Below, in pieces: positions 23,197 through 34,500 of a DNA stretch of 64,000 bases. The position numbers and the translations under genes were made by a program. Positions within the stretch are counted from its first letter, which is position 1. Each line of letters opens with the position of its first letter. A model generated the notes under the pieces. That model saw nothing but the letters and a program-made list of their open reading frames with translations. It made no database searches and had not been told where the DNA came from. Location: the NCBI GenBank assembly GCA_000165345.1, contig CM000430.1:672001-736000 (forward strand), in the 5' to 3' direction.

Positions 23197-25980
23197 TCAA
23201 AGCTCAGACTGATCTCTGTTTTGCTCAGAGCTTGGAACACTGGAACTGTTTGAAGAGGCTTCTGAGGATTCAGAGCTCATACTGGAGTTATTATCCATAG
23301 GAGGAATGAATTCGGAATCTATTGTGTCGTTATTTGATGGAGTTGTGAAATTGAACTGACTGGAAGTAGAGTTACTGCTAGATTGGGTTTCGTTGTCTTG
23401 CTTTTTTGGCTTTGACTTAATCTTAGGTCTAGGCTTAGGAATATTTCTAACTCTCTGAACATTAGAAACCACTTTATCTAACTTTTTGAGAGTCTCAAAT
23501 CTAAGCAAAACTGGAGAGTCTGTTGGCTTTAATTCTGATTGCTTTGATTTAGTGTCATTATACCAAGCTTGGAACTCATCCAACATACTCTTCACCTCAG
23601 CAAAGGTCGAATTCTGGACCCATGTATGAGTAAATTGTATTGCTTCAAATGTCTGAATTGTGTAGTTTAACTTCTTGTCAACATTTGTAATAAGCTCACT
23701 TCTGTACTTAAACTCTTCCGCCTTAAGATGAACTATGTCTGTTTTGTTTGAAACCTTCTTAATCTTCTCTTCTACAAGCTCCAAAGTTATTTCATCTCCA
23801 ATCTCATATAGCCAATCCTCAGTTTCTGAGAGAAGCTTTGTGATTTCTTCCCTTTCTTCCTCCAAAGTTACCTTCTGATAAATATCATCATACAACTTGT
23901 TTCTATTATCATAAATAAGTGCTTCCAATGAGTTCTTTGAGTACATTAATTGCCTGTGTTTAGCATCTAACTTGTTTAACTCATTAATATGGTGGCTAAT
24001 TGATTGCTTAATCTCCTTCGTGAGAGGAAGAGGGCAGTCAAGAGGCTCCTCCAAAAACTTAAGCATGAATGGCTGAGATCTTGTTATTACTTTCTCCTCA
24101 TAAATTGTTTTAGTAGAGCTTTTCTTATCACCATTTGAAACAGAACCATTCTGCGTTGAATTTCCTGTACTATTTGAGCTGGAAGCTGAATTCCCCTCTT
24201 CAACCTTTGTAGAGTTCACTGGTACTGTCACTGGAACTCTAATTGTCTGATTTACCATCTTCCATCCATAAGCACTCTCAAGACTCAAAATTCCATAAGT
24301 GTCTACTTTAATTTGAAGAGTAACATTCAATATAGAGTCCTCAAGAGCACCTCCCTCCTGAGCTTTAGAAATAAATTCTGGAATTCCTGAAATGTTGAAT
24401 CTAGAAATTGGTCTTCCGTTCTCGGATAAAGTTGCAATAAAGTCTTTACTTGACTTAAGCTCAATATGATGTGTTCCATGGTAATGTGATGTACTATTAA
24501 TTACTGGAATCTCCTGATCATCAAACCTTAAAGAATAATTATTGGATGAATATTCATTGTAGAATATGTTTCTAGTTCTAAAAGTGGCTGACTGGTTTGC
24601 TGCAACGAAAGCCGCACCAAAGGCCATTGCCTCATCCCCATTCAATCTCTGGCTAACATTCTTCCCAAATGATCCAAAGTATTGATCCAGCAAGGCTCTC
24701 ACACCAGGAACTCTAATACCACCACCCAAAATCTCCACATCAGTAATTTCCTTCATAGTCTTGTTTGCAACTCTTAAACTCTCATTTATTGGTTCCAAGG
24801 CCTTAGACAATATCTTCTCCTGAATTGATCGATCAAACTCCTCTCTGGAAATCGACTGAGAAATATCTACATCTTTATAAAGCGATTCTACGAAGAAATC
24901 TGCCTGCTTCAAAGTTGAAAGCAACAACTTAGTCCTCACACTCTGTTTCGCAATCTTTTGTAACACTCTTGAGTTATCCAATGGAACTCCCGCCAGCGGG
25001 CTTTTTTCTGGAGCTGCTCTGATCCTTTCGATGACTAAGTCAGCAATTGCCTGGTCTGCAAGGTACCCACCTGAGTTATAGTTTGTAGAACAACCTAATA
25101 CATTTATTTTATGAGTTTGAATTGTTCTTCCCATATGTGTGGCGTTTACTGGTTGGAAGTCCACGATACATGAAGAGGTATGTTTGGCTCCCATGTCATA
25201 GTAGAGAAAAGTTGAATTTTCGTTATTTCTCAAATCAGTTGATTGGTGTACTGCAGCTGCTCCAAGAGAGTTCACCAATCCAAATAGATTCAATCCTGCG
25301 ATTTCCGCTGAATCTACTAAGCTCTTTCTTTGTCTTTGGGTGAAAGTCGGAGGAATAGCTATAACAGCTCCGACTGTCTCACTCCCAAAAACCGGTCCAG
25401 GGTTCAAGTTCAATGAAGATCCACCCTTCTTGTTTTGATTATCCTTCATGGAAGAACCTTCAACCATACGTCTTAAGAAGTCCAAATAATGCCCATTAAG
25501 CTCCTCTGGAATCATTCCATGTCCATCAATTCTAACAAAAGTTCCATTTTGGATCTTGTTATGTTCTATAACATATGGAAAGAGATCTTTACGGAGCCCA
25601 TTAGGTAGAGTGGTTTCACTTTTAAGTTCTCCTGTAGTTTTAGTTACATCAATATCATTTCCACACATCCCCAGAAAGCTTGGAATGTGTAACAAAGTAC
25701 GGATTGGATTTCTAACCATACTTCCAAGGGCATCCTCACCAAATAGACGCACTATAGAAGGAGATGAAGTGCTGAATGATACAGCTGTCGCTGTCTTTCG
25801 TTGGCTATGAGAATTCAAAACTATCTCAATTCCTCTTCCTGGACGAATTGATGCTACTTTTGAATTATCATTTCCAATATCAATTCCAATCAATGAACTT
25901 CTAGCTAAGTTTATCAAAAATGAGGTTGAAACTAACCAAAGTAAAAAAGAACTTAAAATTTGTATTGATATAGGTTTCAT
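23197..25980 (-). CDS. ER Hsp70-superfamily chaperone, HYOU1/GRP170 (Lhs1)-like
   Basis: It has a signal peptide (MKPISIQILSSFLLWLVSTSFLINLARS). The Hsp70 ATPase N-terminus is IGIDIGNDNSKVASIRPGRGIEIVLNSHSQRKT. It is 927 aa with a long acidic/Ser-rich C-terminal extension, which is typical of GRP170 rather than canonical Hsp70. Confidence 0.65.
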   Translation of the reverse strand: MKPISIQILSSFLLWLVSTSFLINLARSSLIGIDIGNDNSKVASIRPGRGIEIVLNSHSQRKTATAVSFSTSSPSIVRLFGEDALGSMVRNPIRTLLHIPSFLGMCGNDIDVTKTTGELKSETTLPNGLRKDLFPYVIEHNKIQNGTFVRIDGHGMIPEELNGHYLDFLRRMVEGSSMKDNQNKKGGSSLNLNPGPVFGSETVGAVIAIPPTFTQRQRKSLVDSAEIAGLNLFGLVNSLGAAAVHQSTDLRNNENSTFLYYDMGAKHTSSCIVDFQPVNATHMGRTIQTHKINVLGCSTNYNSGGYLADQAIADLVIERIRAAPEKSPLAGVPLDNSRVLQKIAKQSVRTKLLLSTLKQADFFVESLYKDVDISQSISREEFDRSIQEKILSKALEPINESLRVANKTMKEITDVEILGGGIRVPGVRALLDQYFGSFGKNVSQRLNGDEAMAFGAAFVAANQSATFRTRNIFYNEYSSNNYSLRFDDQEIPVINSTSHYHGTHHIELKSSKDFIATLSENGRPISRFNISGIPEFISKAQEGGALEDSILNVTLQIKVDTYGILSLESAYGWKMVNQTIRVPVTVPVNSTKVEEGNSASSSNSTGNSTQNGSVSNGDKKSSTKTIYEEKVITRSQPFMLKFLEEPLDCPLPLTKEIKQSISHHINELNKLDAKHRQLMYSKNSLEALIYDNRNKLYDDIYQKVTLEEEREEITKLLSETEDWLYEIGDEITLELVEEKIKKVSNKTDIVHLKAEEFKYRSELITNVDKKLNYTIQTFEAIQFTHTWVQNSTFAEVKSMLDEFQAWYNDTKSKQSELKPTDSPVLLRFETLKKLDKVVSNVQRVRNIPKPRPKIKSKPKKQDNETQSSSNSTSSQFNFTTPSNNDTIDSEFIPPMDNNSSMSSESSEASSNSSSVPSSEQNRDQSEL

Positions 25981-26322
25981 ATTCTAATATATATACTTGA
26001 CTTTTTCTGTATATAAGAATCGAATTGCTTTATTTCTGTTTTATTGCGTTACCAGGCCTTTATTCCTTCTGTACAGGCTCTCTGAATTCGAAATAAAAGC
26101 TTAAAATGTAATTCCAGACTTTGTGAGAACTAAATTTAAACTCCCTGTTTACCAAGTAATCAATTATAGAAAATCTTTCTCAGGAAATCTACTTTTCTAT
26201 CTCTCCTAAACTTAGGAAACTGAGAATAAGGGAATTTCCAAACTCCTCTACTTTCTCCAAAATATGTCTTAAAGTTAAGTTTTAACCTTAATTTTGGCTT
26301 TATAGTGTACCGGGTAGGTTTT

Positions 26323-26470
26323 GGCTCCCCTCCATATTTTAAAGTGGCCCCCCTCGCGGAAATTCCTAAGGCCATAAAGGATACGACACGTATACACCGG
26401 CATATGCAAAAAAAGATTAAAAGCAAGCAAAAGGCTGAAAACTTGAGTTTCCCCCCGTATTTTAAGGAAC
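26323..26470. promoter_or_regulatory. two copies of C-tract + TATTTTAA(A/G)G element in GRP170/PAN3 divergent promoter
   Basis: The copies are ggctcccctccatattttaaagtgg and gtttccccccgtattttaaggaac, about 124 bp apart. A similar cctcccccccctcttatttaaaatag lies at 43775-43800 upstream of ARF1. Confidence 0.3.
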
Positions 26471-26799
26471 AAACAAGGGGGAATTTGTACTAATTTCTAA
26501 CTAAACGATTACTGAAGTAAGAATCTCATCAAAAATTCACGAGAAAACTATATTCCAATCATTAAAGAGTTTAATTAAAGAAAATATAATTGAGCTGGAT
26601 CTACCTTTTTCCACTTGCAACGAATATCAATCGCGAATTGAGGAGTCTCCTTTATATATAGTGAGACTTTAAAGGCAGAATTATTATGGAATTCATGTGG
26701 AAAAGAAGCTGAGTTATACTAATTTAAGCCCATATTATAGTATATATATGATATATTTACATAATATATATCATATATATATGGAAAGGTGGTCAATCT

Positions 26800-29121
26800 A
26801 TGAAAGAAAAGACACCAGGAGAAGCAAAGCGAGGTGATATTGAAACCAAATCACACTCGGGATTGGTTTCCTCGTTCCATGCAGATGCTCCCACTTTCCA
26901 GCCACGAAGTGGCTTCGTGGTAGGGATGGGATCTGGAGCAGGAACAGGAACAGGAACAGGAACAGGAACAGGAACAGGAACAGGAGCAGGAGCAGGAACA
27001 AGTGGAGCTTCAGGCTCAGGAGGGGAGATGGGATCTGGATTAACAGCTTCAGCACAACCTTTTATCCCATCGGCAATTAGACACAATACAAGCAATACAA
27101 TTGATCATGAGCATGGAGGTTTCCAGATCTCCTCTGCTAGCTATTCTAGCTCTCAGCTTGGAGCTCAGCCAGCTAGTGGCTCAAAGCATAACCTAGTTTT
27201 TAGTGGTTCGGGAAGTATTATAGGAGGTGCTAATCAGGATTCAGGAGGGTTTGGAGGGATAGATCTTCTTGGTAATACTTCCGTCTCTGACGGAGCTATA
27301 GGTGTCATTAGTGGTCTCCCCGGATCAGAGTATGAGGGATTATTGCTTGGAGGAACGACGTCTGGACAAAAGTCCAGCTCAAGCTTGCAAGAGGAATCAC
27401 AAACCTCTTTGGGGGGAGGAGGCATTCATGGTATTCAATACGGCTCTGGAGCAAGTTCTGGTTCGGGCAACTCAGGAGTTGGTAGTTTCCAGAGCCATGG
27501 TATGAATGGAATCGATTCCTCAAATTACTATGGTGACTCAGGTAGCCACACGGTGGGACAGAATCAATCCGTAGGAGCCGGATCTGGACCAGGAGCTGTA
27601 TCTGGAGGAATAGGATTGGGTCTGGGAGTAGGGGTTGGTGGGTCAGGCCCCTCTGCAGGGATTACCCAGCACCACCATCCACACCCTAATGTATTGGATC
27701 TTTCGGAATACTGTAGAAGGGTTAGAGGTTGGAATCTGCCATTCTTGAGAACAATCCCACAGATGAATGCTATAACTCAAATAAGACATGAGCTGCAGCT
27801 TCAAAACATTTCCCTTTTATTAACACAAAACGATATTATCTCAGCCAATCAAGGTCATGGCAATAACTCTGGAGAAGGAAGTGGAAATGGAGGTGGAGGA
27901 GCTGGGAATAGTTCTGGAGGAATTGGACAGCATTATGTACCTCCTATTGTACAAAGGGTCTTCTATGGTCTTTGTTTGCTCGATGATTCAAATGTGGCTT
28001 CGACAACTAGATTTTGTGGTTATCAGACCTACGCCTACAAGGCAATTAATGTTGAAGACTACTCTGCCTACTGTTTGAGAAGAATAGACGGCTTTCCTCT
28101 ATCAGAGTTTGAAGCTGTAAGACCTCTTTTAGAGAGATGGCAGAAGCTTGCACAGCATCCATGTATTGTATCATACAGACAGAGCTTTGCATCTTTGGAT
28201 TTTTCACAGGGTTCATTAATAGCAGTATATGATTATATCCCAAATGCTAGTACAATGGAATCAGTTCATTTCAAAGAACCAATCGGAGAGCCTTTATTGT
28301 GGAATTACATTATTCAGATTGTTCTTGCTTTGGTTCATATCCATAGTTCTCAGCTAGCAGCAAGAGTGATTGATCCAACAAAACTGTTAATTTCATATAG
28401 AGGCAGGTTACGTTTGAATTGCGTAGGAATTTTGGACCTAACAAGGGTAGATGAATCTAAAACGATCTTGGACTACCAGAAACAAGATCTGGTTGCTCTT
28501 GGGTACATAATCCTTGCTTTATGTTGTGGATCACTGACAATTATTAATGATTTAAATCATGCAGTTGAACAAATTTTCCTGAAATCATCCTTATACTCGA
28601 ACGATCTAAAAAAGTTAGTACTTATTCTTCTCTCAAAGCCTGCTTTGAACAAGAATAACTTGGATGTTTTCATCCTTGCCAATATGCTAGCAGCAAGAAT
28701 GATCCCTCAAATTGAGCACAGTCTGAAACTTACTGATGCTCTAGAGAACGAATTTAGGAAAGAAATTGACAATGGAAGACTCTTTAGACTTCTCACTAAA
28801 ATTAACACAATTGCGGACAGAACACAACTTAATGCTATTCACAAGTGGAACGAGACTGGGGACAGATATATTTGCAAACTTTTTAGAGAGTACTTATTCC
28901 AGCAAACAGATAGCCAAGGAAGACCCGTAATTGATATGGGGCACATTCTTGACTCTCTTGCCAAAGTCGACGTCGGTACTAGTGAAACCATCACTCTCAT
29001 GTCTAGCGATGGGTCCTCCATCCTGCTTGTCTCCTTTGCTGATATAAAGCATTCAATTGAAAAGTCATTCTGCGAAATCATCGCAGCTACCACCACAAGT
29101 TCTAACTTCCACGACTTATAA
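26800..29121 (+). CDS. PAN3 (poly(A)-nuclease PAN2-PAN3 subunit) pseudokinase
   Basis: The C-terminal pseudokinase/knob region is PCIVSYRQSFASLDF...LLWNYIIQIVLALVHIHSSQLAARVIDPTKLLISYRGRLRLNCVGILDL, which closely parallels PAN3 (ACRVMDPTKILITGKTRLRVNCVGVFD). The N-terminus is Gly/Ser-rich with a (GT)n dipeptide repeat. Confidence 0.7.
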   Translation: MKEKTPGEAKRGDIETKSHSGLVSSFHADAPTFQPRSGFVVGMGSGAGTGTGTGTGTGTGTGAGAGTSGASGSGGEMGSGLTASAQPFIPSAIRHNTSNTIDHEHGGFQISSASYSSSQLGAQPASGSKHNLVFSGSGSIIGGANQDSGGFGGIDLLGNTSVSDGAIGVISGLPGSEYEGLLLGGTTSGQKSSSSLQEESQTSLGGGGIHGIQYGSGASSGSGNSGVGSFQSHGMNGIDSSNYYGDSGSHTVGQNQSVGAGSGPGAVSGGIGLGLGVGVGGSGPSAGITQHHHPHPNVLDLSEYCRRVRGWNLPFLRTIPQMNAITQIRHELQLQNISLLLTQNDIISANQGHGNNSGEGSGNGGGGAGNSSGGIGQHYVPPIVQRVFYGLCLLDDSNVASTTRFCGYQTYAYKAINVEDYSAYCLRRIDGFPLSEFEAVRPLLERWQKLAQHPCIVSYRQSFASLDFSQGSLIAVYDYIPNASTMESVHFKEPIGEPLLWNYIIQIVLALVHIHSSQLAARVIDPTKLLISYRGRLRLNCVGILDLTRVDESKTILDYQKQDLVALGYIILALCCGSLTIINDLNHAVEQIFLKSSLYSNDLKKLVLILLSKPALNKNNLDVFILANMLAARMIPQIEHSLKLTDALENEFRKEIDNGRLFRLLTKINTIADRTQLNAIHKWNETGDRYICKLFREYLFQQTDSQGRPVIDMGHILDSLAKVDVGTSETITLMSSDGSSILLVSFADIKHSIEKSFCEIIAATTTSSNFHDL
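26935..27000 (+). repeat. hexanucleotide (GGAACA)n coding repeat
   Basis: About 9 copies then GGAGCA variants encode GTGTGTGTGAGAG. The antisense ORFs 26793..27095 and 26798..27055 are artefacts. Confidence 0.9.
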
Positions 29122-29454
29122 AACTGTCCATACCTACTTAATCTAGACTTATATAGGAAATTAAGAGAAAGGAAGCATCTTTTCTTGCTAATTAGTAGTT
29201 ATATAAATTTAGTTTTGCATGTTTTGCCCGCTCATTTTTTATATTTTTTTTCTAAGAATTGGCCAAGCTATCCTCTCCCAGAACCTTTAGATTTGAACAA
29301 TTACGCAGGAATATTCCGGGTTTATTTATACTTTAATGATAATTTAATTAAATTATTTAAAAAGAAATTAAAAAAAGAAAGTTCTAGCCCAATGTAATTT
29401 AATTTCAAAAAAAATCAATTCCAAATGCAATCCCCGACTATTTCATGTTCAATC

Positions 29455-29548
29455 TCCCGCCAAAACCAGAAATCATAATTTTAACCTCTAAGTTTAAAAA
29501 TTAATTTGATCAGTGGGTTCCCGCTCACTTTCCCGCCTTAATTGCATG
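29455..29548. promoter_or_regulatory. E2F-like sites TCCCGCCAAAA, TTCCCGC, TTTCCCGCC plus TTGCATG, upstream of gene at 30263
   Basis: Read directly. Confidence 0.35.
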
Positions 29549-30262
29549 TCTAAATACGTATAGAAGGAATCTTGGAAATAATTAAATAGGGGAGAGTTGA
29601 ATCTAAATCTAATTAAATAGATGATCGTACTGTGTGTAAAAGTGTGTAAAGAGATTCTAATATAATAAAAAAATACGTGATGAAATAACGGAGTACGTAT
29701 AATTAAGGAAAAAAATAAATAGGTTTGTTAATGCATATATATAATATAATTGGAGTAGGGTATAATTCGATAGAAGAAAAGGAGTAATAATTGTATGTAT
29801 ATGTATACTGTATATAAATAAATAAATATATTATAAATATATATACAAATATATATTGTATATATATATTAAAGAAAAAAGGGACGGAAGAGCTGAGGAA
29901 TGGAGAGATCCGGTTAATAATAAAGTTTGGTATTTGAATAACTAACGTAAATAATTTTGGAGATTAATATTTAGATATATTTATATGCAAAAAATATAAA
30001 TATATTAAAAATACGTGTATAAAAGAGGATAGAAGAGAAAATTTAGAGCCAATTTTTTCTTTTCTCTCCCCCTCTCTTCAAAGCATTACCAAATTGTAAA
30101 GTCGTAATTGAGACTGGGGAAACCAGGTAGAAGTGTAGAGTGGTTCTTTTTGTTTTTTTTTAACCACTCGAGAGAAGGTGAAATAAACTATTACTGACTA
30201 CTATTATTATCATTATTAGAATAGTGAATATACATATACATTATAATATTATATTTTGAATT

Positions 30263-31129
30263 ATGGGAAATCAATTAGTGAAATTGCGAGCAGATAGAGC
30301 ACAAGATGCTCAAGATGTTAGAGAATGGGCGTTTGCAACTTTCCCAGGATTAGAAACCAATTTAGAAGCTATCTTTGCTTATCACTGCACTGATGGAGTT
30401 GGATTATTAGACTACGAGACAATTGAAAAAATTTCAAGACATTTGATTATGAATTTTGGTTATACTGATTTACTCTTGAGATTTACAACCCCAAACGGTA
30501 CACTAGACAACAGACATGTAAGTAATGGATTAGCTATATTAGATGTTGATATTAGAAAGCCAATAACTTTGGATACTTTTAAGAACTTTGTTGTATGTTG
30601 GTTAGATAGGTTAATCGAGGCTCAAGATAAAGATGTGGAAAATTTGAATTCAGCTTTAAATAATGAGCAAGAGAAACAAAAGGCTAGAATTCTTCATGCA
30701 GTAGCCCAATGGAGAGAGAGATTTAAGACTATTGATGATTTCCATGTATTCTGTGACGATGTTAGAGATGCTAAGAAAGTCGAACTTGATGAAGTTGTTG
30801 CCGATGTTTACGATATGCAGGAAAGACTCAACGAGCAGCAACTTAGACTCTTACAAAGACAAAAAGAAGTTGAGGAAGTTTATGCCAATGTACAAGCAGA
30901 AGAGGCTGCTATACAAGAAGCTCTTTCTAATGCTCCAACTGCTACTCAAATCATTTCCGAGGAAATCGCCAAAACCTTCAAGAATAATATTCAAGGAGAT
31001 GTTACTCAAATTGCATATTCATCCGAACTTACTCCATTTGGAGCCCCAGTTTCTGCTGGTGCCTCTACTTCTTTCAAGAGAAATATTCCAAAGGCAAGAA
31101 AATCTACAAAAGTTTTAGGAATGTGCTAG
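30263..31129 (+). CDS. hypothetical protein (288 aa), N-terminal MGN.., C-terminal Cys
   Basis: The ORF is clean with an ATG start, and its composition is more balanced than the neighbouring genes. I recognised no domain. It starts MGNQLVK and ends ...VLGMC. Confidence 0.4.
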   Translation: MGNQLVKLRADRAQDAQDVREWAFATFPGLETNLEAIFAYHCTDGVGLLDYETIEKISRHLIMNFGYTDLLLRFTTPNGTLDNRHVSNGLAILDVDIRKPITLDTFKNFVVCWLDRLIEAQDKDVENLNSALNNEQEKQKARILHAVAQWRERFKTIDDFHVFCDDVRDAKKVELDEVVADVYDMQERLNEQQLRLLQRQKEVEEVYANVQAEEAAIQEALSNAPTATQIISEEIAKTFKNNIQGDVTQIAYSSELTPFGAPVSAGASTSFKRNIPKARKSTKVLGMC

Positions 31130-31480
31130 TTGTTTAAATTTCTATCATAGCCAACATTCCACTTTTTACTTTATAATATTTACAATTACAATTTGAAAAG
31201 TTTCACAAAAAGAAAAGATGTAGCTAAAAATTAAGCAAGGCCAGGTTAGAAAAGGATGTAATGTATTTGGAGCAATATTAATAATTACTTATTATTTAAA
31301 GTTATAGTCTTTTTTTTATTTACTAGAATATGATATATAAATAAATAAGCGAGGAAAAACCAAGCTGTTAAAATTAGCTTTAGGTGAAATACTCATTTTA
31401 TTTGTTTTTCTTCTAATAAGGTACACTTTATTGTCGTCAAAAAATTAACATGGAAAGTTAAGCCCAAATAACCGGAGAAT

Positions 31481-31526
31481 GTTTGCGCCAAAAAATGCAT
31501 GCAAGTGCATGCATGCAAAATTGAAA
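31481..31526. promoter_or_regulatory. E2F-like TTTGCGCCAAAA followed by three overlapping TGCATGCA boxes and the 16-mer TGCATGCAAAATTGAA
   Basis: It lies in the convergent 3'/3' region between the gene ending at 31129 and the secreted-protein gene ending at 31579. The 16-mer is identical to 14220-14235. Confidence 0.35.
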
Positions 31527-31578
31527 TGTGGGAATCAAATTAAAATAATTTCTTTTCCTATATAAAAGCAATAGAAAT

Positions 31579-34500
31579 TTAATTTGTTTGAATGTGACTA
31601 TTTAATTCTCTCTCAATAGTATTCTGTAGTTTGAATATCTCTTTCCTGATATTTTTTATATAAATTGTGATTATTTCTGGAGTAGAAGTAATTTCAGCAT
31701 AACATCTCAATTCTTTGGTAATGCCCTTAGACTCTTGAGAAAGTTTTTGAATACTTTTTTCTACAAGTTTTATTCCTTCTTCCATACTTTTGTTTAAATA
31801 AGAAGTTTGGAGCATTTCTATCTCTTTCTTTGCAAGTTGGAATTCTGTCACAAGATTATTAAACTTTAAGGAAATTTCTTCAGCTTCAGTACACATTCTA
31901 AAGCTTTCGTGGAACTCAGAAACTGTTTCTGATGCATTCTTTAGAAAAGCTGAAATATTTTCTTTTGCTTGTGAAAACTCTACTGTTATGCTTTCGCATT
32001 TATTATCAGGTTTCTTCCTTCTAACTGCATATTTGAGTATAGAAAGAGCTCTTGATGTTTTGGAAGTCCCATCTTTATCGATTCTTCCACAAAAGAGGTC
32101 TATTCTTGCTTGGAGTTGATATAGAAATTTATCCATAATTTTAAGATTATCATCTAAAATGCTTATATCATTACTATATTTTGAGATTCTTTTAACTAAT
32201 TTTAAGTCTCGATCTAAAATAACCTTGAATTTTGAAAGTTCATTCTTTAATCTGTTTGTCTCATCTCTTAATTTTTTAATATTAGCATGTTTTTCTTTAT
32301 TTGAAAATGTCTCATTTAATATTCCTTGTTTATTCAAAAAAGAATGAGAAATACCAAGTAAAATATCCAGATTCTCTTGATCTGATTTCTCTACGTTAGA
32401 AATAGTAAATTCTAATACTTGAATATGTTTTTCCAAACTTTGAATTTTATTTATTAATGGTTTGGCAAAAGAATCTACTTCTGAATCATCTTCCTTGAGA
32501 CTATCTAATTCTTTTTGAAGATTAAAATTTAGTTCTATCAGTTTTTCTTTTAAATTGGATAATTTCATGATTGTCTCATTCTTTAAAGAATCACTTTTAT
32601 TGGTATCTGAAATTACAAAACCTGTTTCAAAGAAATTCTTTATTAAGTTTTTCGATTTTTTTTCAAGTATAAAATCTAATGATAGTAACTTCAACTCCTC
32701 CTGAGTAGAAATTAGTGGAGACTCTTCTTCCCACATTGAATACTTGGTCATAAATTTGCTTGATATACCCAACCTCAAAGTTGGATTATTTATAATGTCA
32801 ACAAAATTTGTATTACACCTTTCAATCTGTTGATTCATATATGTATGATTTAATATATATTCTAACTTCTCTAGGTCAAGGACTCCTGTCATAGAAAACT
32901 TTTCTTTTTCTCTATCCAATAGCTCAATCTGAAGTTTTAAATCTGGAAATAACATCTCATTATAATGTCTTAATCTTAATATACCATTTTGTAATTCTGA
33001 AATTTTTGATATGCTCTCAGATTTAAGAAATTCATTAACTATTTTAAACAAACCAACTATTTTTGTATGGTGAAACTCTGAATTGGAATCAAACTTAAAT
33101 GGACTTTTTAACCCTTTTTCCCAAAGATTCTTAAACAGATCTTTTGAAGATTCGAAAAAACTCTCAAGCTGAACTTTTGGGTCATTTTCTTTGATTTTTT
33201 TATATATTCCATTCCAAATCTCCAAATACCCTTTCTTTAATACTTGAAAATGAATTTCAAACTTATTTAGTAATTGTTTAAAGATTTCAGAATTTTTCTC
33301 ATGTCTCACGACTAGAATCCCAGTTCTTAAAGCATCTAATGTAAATCTAAATCCATTAAGGGATTTCTTAATACCTTGATCTACCTCTTCCAAATCTCCT
33401 TGATACTCTTTTAATGTATATACTAAATCTGATAAATTACGTAAATTGTAAGCTAAAAAGGACTTTGAAAGGGCCAATATTACTTTGAATATTAAATTAA
33501 CTGATATTTGAAGCCAGTCAACAAAATATTTGACCATTTTTCTATTTGAAACAATCCAATGACTTCTTTCTCTTTGGAGACTTAAGAAATGAGATTTCAA
33601 AGCTTGAATATCTTGAGAAATATCTTCTACAGTAATAATAGAATTAAGTTCATCAGATCTAGCTTTAATAATAATGTCCAATAAACCTTTCAGATTTAGA
33701 TCTAGCTCGATTTTCTTTGAAACTATCGCATTGTGTTCTTTAATAATAGATTCATTTTTACTTTTTAAGAGTGAAATAGAGTTTTGAGATCTTTTAATGA
33801 GTTTCCTAGATATTCCATTCAAAATTGAAATATTTTGGCCTTCTCCAATAACTAGTCCCCATGCTATTTGTCTACAAGAAGAACTAGAAGTGATAGTAGA
33901 AATCAAAGACAGAATTTTATTAATCTTTTCAACGAGTTCCTGTAGTTCTTTTTTGTGAAATTTTTGTTTCTGTTTCTTATTGGAAAAACCACTACTTAAC
34001 ATTGAAATTGCAAATATATTAATTGAATCGAGCAATGAATACCACTTATTAACATCTATACCATTTACATAATTTAATGGAGTGTTTTTCAAGATCTTTT
34101 TATTACTTGTCTCATCATCTTGAAGAAATAAATCCTTGAATTTTTCTTGAACTTTTATATCTATATTGGAAAACCATCCTTTCTTATTTAGGGAAGATTT
34201 TTTTAATATTGGACCAACTTCATCCTTATATGCCAGATATTTCTCATTAAAATCAGACTCTAAATCTTGTATATGAGTTTTATTTGTAAGATCTAACGAC
34301 ATTTTCAAGCTTCCAATTTCTGAAAGTGATGACTCAATTAATTGATCAGTCTCTTGTTTAACCAATTCTAAATATAACTTTTCATTATTTAATAATTCAA
34401 AATTACTTTCTTTTTGAATATCATTTAAGCCTATATTCTTAACTTGCTCCAATTCTACCTCTATATTATTTTCTTCTTTACTTTTAATTCCATCTTCCTC

